Positions 36,362-49,284 of a DNA stretch of 64,000 nucleotides are shown here, in pieces. A program made the position numbers and the translations under genes. The stretch comes from Candidatus Kapaibacterium sp. (GTDB taxonomy: Bacteria; Bacteroidota; Ignavibacteria; Kapaibacteriales; UBA2268). The notes under the pieces are model-generated. The model made no database searches, was not told the origin of the DNA, and was given only the letters and a program-made list of their open reading frames with translations. The stretch is taken from assembly GCA_963665665.1 (NCBI GenBank), contig OY762428.1, positions 2,464,001 through 2,528,000 of the forward strand, given 5' to 3'. Positions within the stretch are counted from its first letter, which is position 1. Each line of letters starts with the position of its first letter.

Positions 36362-39300
36362 ATGCAGTCACATTCAATTCCAAGAAAGGGATTTAGCAGC
36401 ATATCGATAAAAATCGCTTCTCCGGATGATATCCTTAACCGCTCACACGGCGAGGTAACAAAACCGGAAACAATCAATTACAGGTCTTTCAGGCCTGAAA
36501 AAGACGGGCTTTTTTGCGAAAAAATATTCGGCCCGATACGCGATTGGGAATGCGCCTGTGGAAAATATAAAAGAATCAGGTACAAAGGTATCGTCTGTGA
36601 CAGATGTGGTGTTGAAGTAACACAAAAATCCGTTCGCCGCGAACGCATGGGGCATATTATGCTTGCCGTGCCGGTGGTTCATATCTGGTTTCTCCGTACT
36701 CTTCCCAGCAAAATTAGTGCTGTTCTGGGTATGCCGACCAAGGATATTGAAAGAATAGTATATTATGAATCTTATATAGTTGTTCAGCCGGGAAAAACCG
36801 GCCTTCAGCAGAAGGATCTTTTAACTGAAGAGCAATATCTAGAAGTAATGGATACTCTTCCGCCGGAGCAATTTGAAATGGATGTTGATGATCCTAACAA
36901 ATTTATTGCTCTTATTGGCGGTGAGGCTATTAAAGAAATGCTGAAAAGAGTTCAGCCGGAAAAAGATTATCATGAGCTGAAAGAATTACTTAAAGAAGAA
37001 ACCTCGCAGCAGAAAAAAGCTGATCTTCTGAAACGCCTTAGAATACTCGATGCTTTCAAACAGAGTATGAGAGAAGGAATGGAAAACAGGCCCGAGTGGA
37101 TGGTACTGGATGTTATTCCTGTTACTCCGCCGGATTTGCGTCCGCTTGTTCCACTGGAAGGCGGAAGGTTTGCCACTTCTGATCTTAATGACCTTTACAG
37201 AAGGGTTATTATCAGGAATAACAGGCTGAAAAGGCTTATTGATATTAAAGCACCGGAAGTTATCCTCAGGAATGAAAAAAGGATGCTCCAGGAATCAGTT
37301 GACGCCCTGTTCGACAATAGCCGTCGTGCAGTTAGAAGTGAATCGCAGAGAGCATTGAAATCTCTGGCAGATACGCTTAAAGGTAAAACAGGACGTTTTC
37401 GTCAGAACCTGCTTGGTAAACGTGTGGATTATTCCGGCCGTTCTGTTATTGTTGTGGGTCCGGAACTTAAACTTCACGAATGCGGCCTTCCGAAAGATAT
37501 GGCCGTTGAGCTGTTCAAACCATTTATTATCCGCAAACTGATAGAACGCGGACACGTGAAAACAGTGAAAAGTGCTAAGAAGATGGTTGAGCGTAAAACA
37601 AATGAAGTTTGGGATATTCTTGAAAAAGTGATTGAAGGACACCCGGTTATGCTTAACCGTGCTCCAACTCTTCACAGGCTTGGTATCCAGGCATTCCAGC
37701 CGAGGCTTATCGAGGGTAAAGCTATTCAGCTTCATCCGCTTGTATGTACGGCCTTCAACGCTGACTTTGACGGTGACCAGATGGCTGTTCACCTTCCGAT
37801 AAGTTACGAAGCTCAGCTTGAATCACTTCTTCTGATGCTGGCACCGCACAATATCGTGCACACTCAGAATGGCGACCCGATTGCTGTTCCCTCGCAGGAT
37901 ATGGTTCTTGGTGTATATTATATGACTAAGGTTAAGCGCGGCGCTCTTGGCGAAGGAAAAGTATTTTCTTCGACAGAGGAAGTTATTATTGCTTATAATT
38001 CAGAAGCAGTTGAACTTCATGCAAAAATCAGAGTACGTATGAACAAAGCCATGATCGAGACAACTGTTGGCAGGATTATTCTTAACCAGGTTGTTCCGGA
38101 AGAGCTTGGCTTTATCAACGAGCTTTTAACAAAGAAACGCTTGCGTCAGATTATTGGTATTTGCTTCCGTAATGCTGGTTTGGACAAAACTGTCAACTTC
38201 CTTGATGCCCTGAAGCAAACCGGATTTACTCTCGCTACACGTGGAGGCTTATCTGTTAGTGTTGCTGATGTTGTTATTCCGCAGGATAAAGTTACGATTA
38301 TCAATCGGTCGCAGAAAAAAGTTGATGATATATCAATGGCTTATGCCAGTGGTGTTATCAGCTCCGGTGAGCGCTATAATAAAATAATTGATAATTGGTC
38401 TACAGCTACAAATAAAGTAGCCGATCAGTTGTACTCACAATTATCACGGGACAAACAGGGATTCAATACATTCTGGATGATGCTTGACTCCCAGGCCAGG
38501 GGTTCAAAAGAGCAGATCAGACAGCTTGCCGGTATGCGTGGTTTGATGGCTAAACCTAAAAAATCTCTTTCCGGTTCAACCGGTGAATTGATCGAGAACC
38601 CGATTATCTCGAACTTTAAGGAAGGCCTTTCAATCCTTGAATACTTTATTTCAACTCACGGTGCTCGTAAAGGTCTGGCTGATACAGCTCTTAAAACTGC
38701 TGATGCCGGTTACCTTACAAGGAGGCTCCATGACGTTGCCCAGGATGTTATCATTTCAGAATCAGACTGCGGTACTATTCGCGGTGTGGAAATGACAGCC
38801 CTGAAGGAAGGTGAAGAAGTAAAAGAAAGCCTTTACGAACGTATTCTTGGCAGGGTAACTCTTCTTGATGTGGTAGATCCTCTTACAAACGAGATGATAG
38901 CTCGTGCCGGTGATGTTGTTGACGAAAAAATTGCCAGGAGAATTGAACAGACCTCCATTGAAACTGTCACAATTCGTTCAGTACTTACATGCGAATCACG
39001 TCGCGGTGTTTGTGCAAAATGCTATGGCAGGAATATGGCTACTTCCAAACTTGTTGATACAGGCGAGGCTGTTGGAACCATAGCATCACAGTCAATTGGT
39101 GAGCCAGGTACTCAGCTTACTCTTCGTACTTTCCATACCGGTGGTACTGCAATGCTTGTTGCATCCCAGTCTTCTGTTGTTGCGAAGTTTGATGGCCTTA
39201 TCGAATTTGATAATATCAGAACTGTAACCACCCAGGGCGATGAAGAAGAAGTAACTTATGCAATAAGCCGCTCGGGTGTTATTAATATCAAGGATGTTGA

Positions 39301-40642
39301 TTCCGACAGGATATTGACAAAATATGATGTTACCTACGGAGCAGTCCTGAAAGTTAAAGAAGGCGAGGAAATTAAGAAGGGTACTATTATATACGAATGG
39401 GATCCGTACAACTCTACAATTATTACCGAGGTTTCCGGACGTATCAGGTATAAAGACTTGTTGCCAAATATTACATACCGCGAGGTAAATGATGAAACAA
39501 CAGGCCACCAGACAAAAGAAGTTATTGATTCTAAAGATAAAACAAAATCACCTGCTATCGAAGTTGTAGATGACAATGACGAAGTATTGAAAACATACAA
39601 CGTACCTTCAAGGGCTCAGCTTCGTGTGGATGACGGAGATATGATAGGCATGGGTTCCTCTTTGGTTAAAATCCCACGTGACCTTGGCCGTACAAGGGAT
39701 ATTACCGGTGGTTTGCCGAGGGTTACAGAGCTGTTTGAAGCCAGGGCGCCACAAAATCCGGCTGTTGTATCCGATATTGACGGTATTGTTACATTCGGAA
39801 AACCGAAACGAGGCCAGAGAGTGATTGTTGTCACCAGTTTCGATGAAAAAACTGTCCTTGAATACAGTGTTCCGGTTGGTAAATATATCCTTGTTCTTGA
39901 ATCAGATCTTGTACGTGCAGGCGACAGGCTGACTGAAGGCTCGATTAACCCGCATGATATTCTGAGAATAAAAGGCGCAAATGCAGTTCAGGAATATCTT
40001 GTGAACGAGATTCAGGAAGTTTATCGTATGCAGGGTGTGAAGATAAATGATAAACATATCGAAGTTATTGTAAGGCAGATGCTCCAGAAAATTAAGATCA
40101 TCGAATCAGGTGATTCAATATTCCTGGAAAACGATAACGTAGACAGAATCAAGTTTATTGATGAAAATCAGAAACTGAAAAATATGGTTGTGATTACGGA
40201 CAAAGGCGATTCTAAATTCCGTCCGAACCAGCTGCTTCCAAAACGCCAGGTAAGGGAAGTTAATAACGACCTGAAACGCAAAGATAAAGAAATTGCTGCG
40301 TTCAGGCCGGCCGAACCTGCTATTGCCGAACCAATTCTGCTTGGAATCACACAGGCATCATTAACTACTGAGAGCTGGCTCTCGGCTGCTTCCTTCCAGG
40401 AAACAACCAGGGTTCTTTCCGATGCTTCCGTTGCTGCAAAGATTGACGGTCTGATCGGACTAAAAGAGAATATTATTCTTGGCCAGCTTATTCCTGCAGG
40501 TACAGGCCTGCGGCATTATCAGACAATGAATGTCCAAAGTGAGATAGGTAACATTTTTGGAAAGGTGGCAGAAACTCAATCCGAACCTGCTGAAGAAAAA
40601 CAGGAAGATGCAGGTAAAGAAAAAGAGTCAGTTTCAATATAG
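36362..40642 (+). CDS. rpoC: RNA polymerase beta' subunit
   Basis: [12 protein letters not shown], Zn ribbon, [14 protein letters not shown]. Confidence 0.99.
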   Translation: MQSHSIPRKGFSSISIKIASPDDILNRSHGEVTKPETINYRSFRPEKDGLFCEKIFGPIRDWECACGKYKRIRYKGIVCDRCGVEVTQKSVRRERMGHIMLAVPVVHIWFLRTLPSKISAVLGMPTKDIERIVYYESYIVVQPGKTGLQQKDLLTEEQYLEVMDTLPPEQFEMDVDDPNKFIALIGGEAIKEMLKRVQPEKDYHELKELLKEETSQQKKADLLKRLRILDAFKQSMREGMENRPEWMVLDVIPVTPPDLRPLVPLEGGRFATSDLNDLYRRVIIRNNRLKRLIDIKAPEVILRNEKRMLQESVDALFDNSRRAVRSESQRALKSLADTLKGKTGRFRQNLLGKRVDYSGRSVIVVGPELKLHECGLPKDMAVELFKPFIIRKLIERGHVKTVKSAKKMVERKTNEVWDILEKVIEGHPVMLNRAPTLHRLGIQAFQPRLIEGKAIQLHPLVCTAFNADFDGDQMAVHLPISYEAQLESLLLMLAPHNIVHTQNGDPIAVPSQDMVLGVYYMTKVKRGALGEGKVFSSTEEVIIAYNSEAVELHAKIRVRMNKAMIETTVGRIILNQVVPEELGFINELLTKKRLRQIIGICFRNAGLDKTVNFLDALKQTGFTLATRGGLSVSVADVVIPQDKVTIINRSQKKVDDISMAYASGVISSGERYNKIIDNWSTATNKVADQLYSQLSRDKQGFNTFWMMLDSQARGSKEQIRQLAGMRGLMAKPKKSLSGSTGELIENPIISNFKEGLSILEYFISTHGARKGLADTALKTADAGYLTRRLHDVAQDVIISESDCGTIRGVEMTALKEGEEVKESLYERILGRVTLLDVVDPLTNEMIARAGDVVDEKIARRIEQTSIETVTIRSVLTCESRRGVCAKCYGRNMATSKLVDTGEAVGTIASQSIGEPGTQLTLRTFHTGGTAMLVASQSSVVAKFDGLIEFDNIRTVTTQGDEEEVTYAISRSGVINIKDVDSDRILTKYDVTYGAVLKVKEGEEIKKGTIIYEWDPYNSTIITEVSGRIRYKDLLPNITYREVNDETTGHQTKEVIDSKDKTKSPAIEVVDDNDEVLKTYNVPSRAQLRVDDGDMIGMGSSLVKIPRDLGRTRDITGGLPRVTELFEARAPQNPAVVSDIDGIVTFGKPKRGQRVIVVTSFDEKTVLEYSVPVGKYILVLESDLVRAGDRLTEGSINPHDILRIKGANAVQEYLVNEIQEVYRMQGVKINDKHIEVIVRQMLQKIKIIESGDSIFLENDNVDRIKFIDENQKLKNMVVITDKGDSKFRPNQLLPKRQVREVNNDLKRKDKEIAAFRPAEPAIAEPILLGITQASLTTESWLSAASFQETTRVLSDASVAAKIDGLIGLKENIILGQLIPAGTGLRHYQTMNVQSEIGNIFGKVAETQSEPAEEKQEDAGKEKESVSI

Positions 40643-40657
40643 AATTAAATATAATTT

Positions 40658-40686
40658 AAAGCCGCTCTGACGGGCGGCTTTTTTTT
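40658..40686 (+). terminator. rpoC terminator
   Basis: aaagccgctc-tgac-gggcggcttttttt. Confidence 0.85.
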
Positions 40687-40778
40687 GCTCGGGCAATGAT
40701 CGAAATGATAAGGGAGATGACTGAGAAGTCACAAATTGAAATCACACAAATTTTTATTAATTTTTTATCGAGTTTCAA

Positions 40779-42869
40779 ATGGAGCAGATAAAGCAGATTA
40801 GAAACATTGGTATCGCTGCACACATTGATTCAGGAAAAACGACACTTAGCGAAAGAATATTATTTTACACAGGTAAAATACACAGGATTACAGAAGTAAG
40901 GAGTAAAGACGGGGCTGGCCCGACAATGGATTCGATGGACCTTGAAAGAGAAAAAGGTATCACTATCCAGTCGGCGGCCACTTATTGTACATGGGGGGAT
41001 ACCAATATCAATTTGATTGATACTCCCGGTCATATTGATTTTACAGTAGAAGTTGAAAGAGCATTAAGAGTTCTGGATGGCGCGGTTCTTGTTCTTTGCG
41101 GCGTTGCCGGTGTTCAGAGCCAGTCTCTGACTGTTGACAGGCAGATGAAGAGATACAATGTTCCGAGAATTGCCTTTATAAATAAGGTTGACAGGTCCGG
41201 TGCCAACCCGGATAAAGTTGTTTTCCAGTTGGAAGATAAATTGAAACACAGGCCTGTTTTACTTACAATGCCCATAGGCCTGGAGGATCAGTTCCAGGGT
41301 GTTGTTGACCTGCTGAAAATGAAAGCTGTTTATTACAAGGGCGAACAGGGTGAAAAAGTGGAGTATGAAGATATCCCCGCGCACCTGCAGGCCGAGGCTG
41401 AAAAAAGAAGAAAACAGATGATAGAAATTATAGCCGACTATGATGATGTAGTGGCTGAGAAATTCCTGGAAGATGTGGAGCCGGAATATGATGAATTGAT
41501 AGATGCAATCAGGCGTCATACAATCAATCTTCACCTTACACCCGTTCTGGTGGGAACAGCCAAGCAAAATAAAGGAATTCAGACACTTCTTGATGCCGTT
41601 GTCAGTTTCCTTCCTTCACCACTTGATATTGACAATCACGCTCTTGACCTTGACGAGAATGAAGAAAAAGTTGATTTGGAATCTGATCCAAACAAAAAAC
41701 TTGTTGCCAATGCCTTCAAACTTGAGGACGGAAAATACGGACAGCTTACATATATGAGAATTTACCAGGGATCAGTTAAAAAAGGTGACTTTATCGTTAA
41801 CATGAGCAATAAGAAAAAAATAAAAGTTCCAAGGCTTATCAGAATGCATGCAAGCGATATGCATGAAATCGAAGAAGCCGGAGCAGGTGATATTGTTGCT
41901 ATGTTCGGTGTGGATTGTTCATCAGGTGATACTTTTACAGACGGAAGTGTTAATTATTCAATGACTTCCATGTTTGTACCCACCCCTGTTATTGAGCTTA
42001 CAGTGGCCCCGAAGGAAAAATCCTCTCAGGCAAACTTCTCGAAAGCGCTTAACCGCTTCATGAAAGAAGACCCAACCTTCCAGGTAAAAAGAGATGAAGA
42101 AACAGGCGATACTATTATAAGCGGTATGGGTGAACTTCACCTGGATATTTATATTGAAAGGATAAAAAGGGAATATAATTGCGAGATAGTAGTGGGAAGG
42201 CCTAAAGTGGCATACCGCGAAGCAATTTCCAGAAAAGCCGAATTCAATTATACACATAAAAAACAGACCGGCGGTGCCGGACAGTTTGCCCGTGTTGCAG
42301 GGTTTATCGAACCAATCGAAGCTGTTGCCGGTGAAGATTATATGTTTGATAACAAAATTGTGGGCGGCGTTATCCCGAGAGAATACATTCCATCCTGCGA
42401 TAAGGGTTTCAAGGAGCAGCTGAAGGATGGTATTATAATCGAGCAGCCGGTTGTTGGCGTTAAAGTAACAATCAACGACGGGCAGTACCATGCCGTGGAT
42501 TCGTCTGAAATGGCCTTTAAAACAGCTGCAAAATTTGCCATGCGCGAAGCAATTTCCAAAGCCGGGCCGATAATTCTTGAACCTATAATGAAGCTGGAAA
42601 CTGCTGCACCTGAAGAATTCCAGGGTATAGTTATCGGACAGCTTAACCAGCGCAGGGGTATAATTGTTAATACCACTGTGGAAATGGGCTATGTTACGGT
42701 TGAAGCTGAAGTGCCATTGAAAGAGATGTTCGGATATTCTACCGACCTGAGAAGTTCAACACAAGGCAAGGGTGAATTCTCTATGGAGTTCCTCAAATAT
42801 TCACAGGTGCCCAAGGCAGTTCAGGAAGAATTGATAGAAGATTACAGGAAAAATAAAGAAGAGAAGTAA
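40779..42869 (+). CDS. fusA: Elongation factor G, spdEFG1/mtEF-G1-like paralogue
   Basis: [48 protein letters not shown]; intact domain IV loops [10 protein letters not shown] and HAVDSS. Confidence 0.9.
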   Translation: MEQIKQIRNIGIAAHIDSGKTTLSERILFYTGKIHRITEVRSKDGAGPTMDSMDLEREKGITIQSAATYCTWGDTNINLIDTPGHIDFTVEVERALRVLDGAVLVLCGVAGVQSQSLTVDRQMKRYNVPRIAFINKVDRSGANPDKVVFQLEDKLKHRPVLLTMPIGLEDQFQGVVDLLKMKAVYYKGEQGEKVEYEDIPAHLQAEAEKRRKQMIEIIADYDDVVAEKFLEDVEPEYDELIDAIRRHTINLHLTPVLVGTAKQNKGIQTLLDAVVSFLPSPLDIDNHALDLDENEEKVDLESDPNKKLVANAFKLEDGKYGQLTYMRIYQGSVKKGDFIVNMSNKKKIKVPRLIRMHASDMHEIEEAGAGDIVAMFGVDCSSGDTFTDGSVNYSMTSMFVPTPVIELTVAPKEKSSQANFSKALNRFMKEDPTFQVKRDEETGDTIISGMGELHLDIYIERIKREYNCEIVVGRPKVAYREAISRKAEFNYTHKKQTGGAGQFARVAGFIEPIEAVAGEDYMFDNKIVGGVIPREYIPSCDKGFKEQLKDGIIIEQPVVGVKVTINDGQYHAVDSSEMAFKTAAKFAMREAISKAGPIILEPIMKLETAAPEEFQGIVIGQLNQRRGIIVNTTVEMGYVTVEAEVPLKEMFGYSTDLRSSTQGKGEFSMEFLKYSQVPKAVQEELIEDYRKNKEEK

Positions 42870-42906
42870 AATATTCGCAATAATTTAAAATATTTTTTAA
42901 AATTTA

Positions 42907-42937
42907 TTTGAAAAAATAAAAACATTGTGTATATTTG
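42907..42937 (+). promoter_or_regulatory. Bacteroidota-type promoter of the str operon
   Basis: TTTG-N19-TATATTTG upstream of rpsL. Confidence 0.65.
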
Positions 42938-43009
42938 TAAGCTCTGTTACCTTTTGTTTGTTTATTGTTTATTTTATTTGATGTTATATTATAAAATTGG
43001 AGTTTTTGA

Positions 43010-43384
43010 GTGCCTACAATAAGTCAGTTAATACGAAAAGGTCGTAAAGCGACAAAGGCTAAGAGTAAATCGGCTGCCCTGAAATCATGCCCGCAAAGGC
43101 GCGGGGTGTGCACACGTGTTTACACAACTACTCCCAAGAAGCCTAACTCGGCACTTAGAAAAGTGGCTCGCGTGAGGTTAACCTCCGGTTTTGAGGTTAC
43201 TGCGTACATTCCGGGTGAAGGCCATAACCTTCAGGAGCACTCCATTGTATATATCAGGGGTGGCAGGGTTAAAGACCTTCCTGGTGTCCGCTATCACGTA
43301 ATCCGCGGTACAGCTGATACTCAGGGCGTTGACGGGAGAAACCAGGGACGTTCGAAATACGGAACTAAGAGACCAAAAAAATAA
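43010..43384 (+). CDS. rpsL: 30S ribosomal protein S12
   Basis: [20 protein letters not shown]; GTG start. Confidence 0.98.
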   Translation: MPTISQLIRKGRKATKAKSKSAALKSCPQRRGVCTRVYTTTPKKPNSALRKVARVRLTSGFEVTAYIPGEGHNLQEHSIVYIRGGRVKDLPGVRYHVIRGTADTQGVDGRNQGRSKYGTKRPKK

Positions 43385-43417
43385 GATTTAGTTAATCATA
43401 AATACAGATGACTTGAG

Positions 43418-43885
43418 ATGAGAAAACGCAGAGCAGAAAAAAGAAAAATCGTTCCGGATCCAAAATATCGTGATGTCCTTATTACAAGGTTCATCAACAA
43501 TATTATGCTGGACGGTAAGAAAAATACTGCAAGGAGACTTCTCTACGATGCATTTGATATCGTTGAGGAAAAAACCAAACAGCCTCCTCTGGAAGTTTTC
43601 AAGCAGGCTATCAACAATGTAGCTCCTGTGCTTGAAGTACGCTCACGCCGAGTGGGTGGCGCAACTTACCAGGTGCCGGTGGAAGTACGCGAGGAAAGAA
43701 GAATCGCCCTTGCTATCCGCTGGATGAAAACATACGCCAAAGCAAGACGCGACAAAACTATGGCTCAGCGCTTAGCTGCTGAATTCATGGCTGCGTCCAA
43801 AGGCGAAGGTTCTTCAGTGAAGAAACGTGATGATACTCACCGCATGGCTGAAGCTAACAAAGCTTTCGCGCATTTCAAGTGGTAG
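43418..43885 (+). CDS. rpsG: 30S ribosomal protein S7
   Basis: [23 protein letters not shown]. Confidence 0.98.
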   Translation: MRKRRAEKRKIVPDPKYRDVLITRFINNIMLDGKKNTARRLLYDAFDIVEEKTKQPPLEVFKQAINNVAPVLEVRSRRVGGATYQVPVEVREERRIALAIRWMKTYAKARRDKTMAQRLAAEFMAASKGEGSSVKKRDDTHRMAEANKAFAHFKW

Positions 43886-43934
43886 TAACTAATGAAATTG
43901 TTCTTTGTCAACAAAATAGCCTGACACTCGGATT

Positions 43935-45983
43935 ATGCCAAAAGAAATTGCCATATCAAAGATCAGGAACATCGGGATAGCCGCTCATATCGATGCAGGT
44001 AAGACTACGACAACCGAGAGAATCCTTTTCTACAGCGGAAAACTTCACAAAATAGGTGAAGTGGACGACGGAACAGCATTCATGGACTACATGGATCAGG
44101 AAAAAGAAAGAGGTATTACAATCGTATCGGCAGCAACTACCTGCGAATGGCGAGACCATCAGGTGAATATAATCGATACACCCGGACACGTTGACTTCAC
44201 TGCTGAAGTTCAAAGGTCGCTCAGGGTGCTCGACGGAGCCATTGCGATATTTTGCGGAGTAGGGGGTGTTGAACCACAATCAGAAGCTGTCTGGCACCAG
44301 GCAGATATGTATAAGGTTCCGAGAATTGCCTTTATTAATAAAATGGACAGGATCGGAGCTGACTTCTACAGGGTGCTGGATATGATGAGGGAAAGGTTGA
44401 AAGCCAACCCGATACCGGTAGCGATACCAATCGGCGCGACTGAAACCTTTAAAGGTACAATCGACCTTGTCAAAATGAAAGCATTATACTTCGATGTGGA
44501 GAAACAAGGCATTGAGTATAAGGAAGAAGAAATACCCGATGAATACAGAGATGTAGCCGAGGAATACAGGGCAAAAATGATTGAAGCGGTAGCTGAGACC
44601 GATGATGAACTTCTTGATAAATTTTTCGCTGGCGAAGAATTTAACGAAGAAGAGATCAAAACAGGAATAAGAACAGCTGTGATAGAGTTGAAATTTGTTC
44701 CCGTTCTTGTAGGATCTTCGCTAAAAAACGTAGGGGTGCAGCCACTTATGGATGCAATAGTTGATTATCTCCCCTCGCCGAAAGAAGTTAAATATATGCC
44801 CGGGTATGACGTAAATGATCTCGAGAAACAGCTAACCCGCGAGCCAAGGAATAAAGAAAAATTCTCGGCTCTGGCTTTCAAAGCCATAACGGATCAGTTT
44901 GTAGGACGCATAACTTTTATCAGGATTTACTCCGGGAAACTGGAGCTTGGAAAACCGGTTTTCAACCCGGTTGAAAATAAGAAAGAAAAAGTTCTTAAAA
45001 TTCTGAAAATGCATGCAAACAAACGTGAAGAAATAACATCAGCGGGCGCTGGCGAGATTGTGGCGATTTCAGGACTGCGGTTTACAAAAACCGGTGACAC
45101 ACTTTGCGATATTGATGCTCCCATTATTTATGAGAAGATCAATTTCTCGGACCCGGTAATAAACATGGCAGTTGAAGTAAAAACACTGGCAGATCAGGAC
45201 AGGCTGATTGAAGCTCTCGGAAAACTGGCCGAAGAAGATCCGACCTTCAAGTACAATATAGATAAAGAAAGTGGCCAGACTATTATCAGCGGTGTAGGTG
45301 AACTACACTTAGAAGTACTTGTTGAACGCCTTAAAAGGGAGTTCAAAATACCTACCAGAGCGGGTAAACCCCAGGTAGCCTACAGAGAATCAATCAGCAA
45401 TAAAATTAAATGCCAGGGTGAGTTTGACAAAACCACCAGCGGCAAACATCAGTTCGGCAGAATCACATTAGAGATTTCGCCTGCTGAAACGGGTAGCGGG
45501 ATTAGCATTGAAAATGAAATTCCCGATTCCGTGCTTGCCACCGAGTTCGTCGAAGCAGCTAAGAAAGGCGTCATGGACGGCCTGCTTGTCGGCCCTCAGG
45601 GATATCCTATGATAGATGTTCACGTTAAACTTCTAAAAGCAGATTTTAACGATGAATTCTCTACCGAACTGGGATACCAGGTTGCAGCCACAATAGCAGT
45701 AAAGGATGCTTCGAGATCAGCCGCTCCGGTTTTATTAGAACCGATCGTTGACCTTGAAATTGTCAGCCCCGAAGAATATACCGGTGATATTATCGCCGAA
45801 CTTAATGCAAAAAGGGGCAGGATTGACGGGATAGAACAAAGGGGTGCGCTGCAGGTGATAAAAGGAAAATCACCACTTTCAGAGATGTTCGGTTATGTAA
45901 CAAGATTGCGGTCCGTAAGCCAGGGAAGAGCTTCATACACGATGGTCTTCTCACATTACGAACCTGCGATGAACAAGAGATAA
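43935..45983 (+). CDS. fusA: Elongation factor G, divergent str-operon paralogue (EF-G2/recycling-like)
   Basis: [28 protein letters not shown]; domain IV loops altered ([15 protein letters not shown]). Confidence 0.85.
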   Translation: MPKEIAISKIRNIGIAAHIDAGKTTTTERILFYSGKLHKIGEVDDGTAFMDYMDQEKERGITIVSAATTCEWRDHQVNIIDTPGHVDFTAEVQRSLRVLDGAIAIFCGVGGVEPQSEAVWHQADMYKVPRIAFINKMDRIGADFYRVLDMMRERLKANPIPVAIPIGATETFKGTIDLVKMKALYFDVEKQGIEYKEEEIPDEYRDVAEEYRAKMIEAVAETDDELLDKFFAGEEFNEEEIKTGIRTAVIELKFVPVLVGSSLKNVGVQPLMDAIVDYLPSPKEVKYMPGYDVNDLEKQLTREPRNKEKFSALAFKAITDQFVGRITFIRIYSGKLELGKPVFNPVENKKEKVLKILKMHANKREEITSAGAGEIVAISGLRFTKTGDTLCDIDAPIIYEKINFSDPVINMAVEVKTLADQDRLIEALGKLAEEDPTFKYNIDKESGQTIISGVGELHLEVLVERLKREFKIPTRAGKPQVAYRESISNKIKCQGEFDKTTSGKHQFGRITLEISPAETGSGISIENEIPDSVLATEFVEAAKKGVMDGLLVGPQGYPMIDVHVKLLKADFNDEFSTELGYQVAATIAVKDASRSAAPVLLEPIVDLEIVSPEEYTGDIIAELNAKRGRIDGIEQRGALQVIKGKSPLSEMFGYVTRLRSVSQGRASYTMVFSHYEPAMNKR

Positions 45984-46059
45984 ATTGAAAATTTAAAACA
46001 ATATATACATTGTAATTATCAAACTATTTTTTTAATTAGCAAAATTAGGAGTTTATCCA

Positions 46060-47271
46060 ATGGCTAAGGAAAAATTTGATCGTACCAAACCCCACGTGAA
46101 TGTGGGAACAATCGGTCACGTTGACCACGGTAAGACTACTTTGACAGCAGCTATCACAATGGCTCTCGCAAAGAGAACTGCGGGTGCAGAGATTCGTTCA
46201 TTCGACTCAATCGATAACGCGCCTGAAGAAAAAGCACGTGGTATAACAATTGCTACAGCTCACGTGGAATACGAAACAGACACGCGTCACTATGCACACG
46301 TTGACTGCCCGGGCCACGCTGACTACATTAAAAACATGATCACTGGTGCAGCCCAGATGGACGGTGCAATACTTGTTTGTGCTGCTACAGACGGCCCTAT
46401 GCCCCAGACTCGTGAACACATCCTTCTCGCCCGCCAGGTTGGCGTGCCGAGCCTTGTTGTTTTCATGAACAAAGTTGATATTGCTGATCCGGAACTTCTT
46501 GAACTTATAGATATGGAACTTCGTGAGCTTCTTTCTTCTTACGAATTCCCGGGTGATGATATTCCGATCATTATGGGTTCAGCTCTTCAGGCACTTGAAG
46601 CCGGTTCAACAGATGGTGTTGGCCCTGATGACGAACGTCTGAAATGTATCTATGATCTTATGGACGAAGTTGACAGGTATGTACCGACTCCGATTCGCGA
46701 TACAGAAAAACCATTCCTGATGCCGGTTGAGGACGTATTCTCAATCACAGGCCGCGGAACAGTTGCTACAGGTCGTGTAGAGCGCGGTATTATCAAAGTT
46801 ACTGAAGAAGTTGAAATCGTTGGTTTCGGCCTTCAGAAGAAAACAACTTGTACAGGTGTTGAAATGTTCCGTAAACTTCTTGACGAAGGCCAGGCAGGCG
46901 ACAACGTTGGTCTCCTTCTTCGCGGTATCGACAAGAAAGAAATCGAACGCGGTATGGTTATTGCCAAACCGGGATCAATTACACCTCACCACAAATTCCA
47001 CGCACAGGTTTATGTTCTGAAAAAAGAAGAAGGCGGACGCCATACACCGTTCTTTAGCGGATATCGTCCTCAGTTCTACTTCCGTACAACAGACGTTACC
47101 GGCAACCTTAACCTTCCCGAAGGTGTAGAAATGGTTATGCCTGGTGACAACCTTGACGAACTTTACATTGAACTGATTACACCAGTTGCTATGGAAGAAG
47201 GTCTTCGTTTCGCTATCCGCGAAGGTGGCCGTACAGTGGGCGCCGGTGTTGTAACAAAAATTGACGAATAA
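46060..47271 (+). CDS. tuf: Elongation factor Tu
   Basis: [27 protein letters not shown]. Confidence 0.99.
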   Translation: MAKEKFDRTKPHVNVGTIGHVDHGKTTLTAAITMALAKRTAGAEIRSFDSIDNAPEEKARGITIATAHVEYETDTRHYAHVDCPGHADYIKNMITGAAQMDGAILVCAATDGPMPQTREHILLARQVGVPSLVVFMNKVDIADPELLELIDMELRELLSSYEFPGDDIPIIMGSALQALEAGSTDGVGPDDERLKCIYDLMDEVDRYVPTPIRDTEKPFLMPVEDVFSITGRGTVATGRVERGIIKVTEEVEIVGFGLQKKTTCTGVEMFRKLLDEGQAGDNVGLLLRGIDKKEIERGMVIAKPGSITPHHKFHAQVYVLKKEEGGRHTPFFSGYRPQFYFRTTDVTGNLNLPEGVEMVMPGDNLDELYIELITPVAMEEGLRFAIREGGRTVGAGVVTKIDE

Positions 47272-47346
47272 TATATTCTTTTATAATTCGCGGGCAATAG
47301 CCCGCGAATATAAATTATCCGAAATAAAAGCTTAAGGAACTTAAAA

Positions 47347-47655
47347 GTGGCTACACAAAGGATAAGAATAAAGTTAAAATCGTACGACCATAAACTGATT
47401 GACAAGTCATCAGAGCGAATAGTCCGTACAGTTAAGCAAACGGGCGCTGTAGTATCAGGGCCAATACCCCTGCCTACAAGACGCACAGTATATACTGTAA
47501 ACCGTTCGCCTCACGTTGACAAGAAATCCCGTGAGCAATTTGAAGCCAGGGTACATAAAAGGCTAATAGATATCTTCAGTTCAACACAGAAGACCATAGA
47601 TGCCCTAATGAGACTGGAATTACCGGCGGGCGTAGATGTTGAAGTAAAAGTCTAA
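47347..47655 (+). CDS. rpsJ: 30S ribosomal protein S10
   Basis: [20 protein letters not shown]. Confidence 0.98.
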   Translation: MATQRIRIKLKSYDHKLIDKSSERIVRTVKQTGAVVSGPIPLPTRRTVYTVNRSPHVDKKSREQFEARVHKRLIDIFSSTQKTIDALMRLELPAGVDVEVKV

Positions 47656-47671
47656 ATAAGGAGTTAATTAA

Positions 47672-48292
47672 ATGACAGGCGCGATTCTTGGTAAAAAAAT
47701 CGGCATGACAAGTTTCTTCGATAATGAAGGAGTTAAGATTCCCTGCACGGTAGTTGAAGCCGGGCCATGTCCGGTGGTTCAGGTTAAATCCAATGAAACT
47801 GACGGATATACATCAGTCCAGATCGGTTTCGGAGAAATCAGGGAAAAGAATGTCAACAAGCCTTTAAAGGGTCACTTCGCCAAAGCGAGCGTTAATCCCA
47901 CTCGTTATTTGAAAGAATTCCGGGCTCCAGGTAAAGATTATAAGGTCGGCGAAGAATTAACAGTTGAACAATTTGAGATCGGGGACAAAGTAAGAGTTTC
48001 CGGTAAATCAAAAGGAAAAGGTTTCCAGGGTGTTATGAAACGCCACAATTTTGGCGGTGTTGGTATGGCCACTCACGGCCAGTCCGACAGGCAGCGCCAC
48101 CCCGGTTCAATTGGTCAGTCTTCATATCCTTCAAGGGTTATGAAAGGGCTCAAAATGGCCGGGCGAATGGGCGGAAAACGAGTAACAGTCAGGAATATTG
48201 AGGTTTTGGAAATTATTCCGGAACAGAATTTGCTGATTCTTAAAGGGTGCGTACCCGGAGCTTCAAATTCACTAATTGAAATAGTAAAGTAA
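47672..48292 (+). CDS. rplC: 50S ribosomal protein L3
   Basis: GKKIGMT, SKGKGFQG. Confidence 0.98.
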   Translation: MTGAILGKKIGMTSFFDNEGVKIPCTVVEAGPCPVVQVKSNETDGYTSVQIGFGEIREKNVNKPLKGHFAKASVNPTRYLKEFRAPGKDYKVGEELTVEQFEIGDKVRVSGKSKGKGFQGVMKRHNFGGVGMATHGQSDRQRHPGSIGQSSYPSRVMKGLKMAGRMGGKRVTVRNIEVLEIIPEQNLLILKGCVPGASNSLIEIVK

Positions 48293-48304
48293 TAAGGCGA
48301 AAAA

Positions 48305-48931
48305 ATGCAGATAGATGTATATACTAAGGACGGACAGCAAAACGGGCAGACAGAGCTGCGCGATGATATTTTTGCTATAGAGCCTAACGAGCATGCCATG
48401 CATCTGGCAGTTGTTTCTTACCTTGCAGCCAAAAGGCAGGGCACGCATAAAACAAAAACGCGTGACGAGGTAAGAGGCGGCGGCAAGAAGCCATGGAGGC
48501 AAAAAGGCAGGGGTACTGCCCGTGCCGGTTCTACACGTTCTCCTCTTTGGGTAGGCGGCGGTACCATTCATGGTCCAAAACCACACAAATATCATGTAGC
48601 ATTACCCAAGAAGCTTAAAAGGCTTGCCAGAAAATCAGCATTTTCCCTCAGATGCTCTGAAAATAATCTGATGATCGTTGAAGATTTCAATCTGGATGCG
48701 ATAAAAACAAAAAGCATGGCCGAAATTTTCGAAAATTTGAAAATCGGCGGGGAAAAAGTACTGGTACTCTTGCCTGGGGAAAACAACAATATCTGGCTTT
48801 CGGCAAGAAATATCCCGAAAGTAAGCGTTCATCCTGCAGACAGGATTTCAACTTATGAAATTCTGAATCATAAGAAAATTCTGCTTTTCAAGAGTGCTAT
48901 AGATACTATAGAGAAAACATTTGGTAACTAA
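48305..48931 (+). CDS. rplD: 50S ribosomal protein L4
   Basis: KPWRQKGRGTARAGS. Confidence 0.98.
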   Translation: MQIDVYTKDGQQNGQTELRDDIFAIEPNEHAMHLAVVSYLAAKRQGTHKTKTRDEVRGGGKKPWRQKGRGTARAGSTRSPLWVGGGTIHGPKPHKYHVALPKKLKRLARKSAFSLRCSENNLMIVEDFNLDAIKTKSMAEIFENLKIGGEKVLVLLPGENNNIWLSARNIPKVSVHPADRISTYEILNHKKILLFKSAIDTIEKTFGN

Positions 48932-48939
48932 TACTCTAA

Positions 48940-49239
48940 GTGATAACAATGATTATTAAAAAGCCCGTTATAACAGAGAAGGCGATGCGACTTACCGAAC
49001 AGAACCAGTATGTTTTCGAAGTCGATCCTAGATCTAACAAGATAGAGATCAAAAAAGAAATCGAAGAGATGTTCGAAGTCAAGGTGAAAAGTGTTCGTAC
49101 AGCCCGTATTAAAGGCAAAAGGAAAGTGCGTATGACTCGCAACGGGTTAATGAGAGGTCACACTCCATTGAAAAAGAAGGCATACGTAACTCTTCATGAA
49201 GGCCACACGATTGAACTGGTTTCAGGGGCTGCGGGCTAA
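48940..49239 (+). CDS. rplW: 50S ribosomal protein L23
   Basis: PVITEKA, KKAYVTL; start may be a few codons downstream. Confidence 0.95.
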   Translation: MITMIIKKPVITEKAMRLTEQNQYVFEVDPRSNKIEIKKEIEEMFEVKVKSVRTARIKGKRKVRMTRNGLMRGHTPLKKKAYVTLHEGHTIELVSGAAG

Positions 49240-49284
49240 TTCAAGTTAGAATTTGTTAATTAAAAATAGATACGGCACGAGAAG

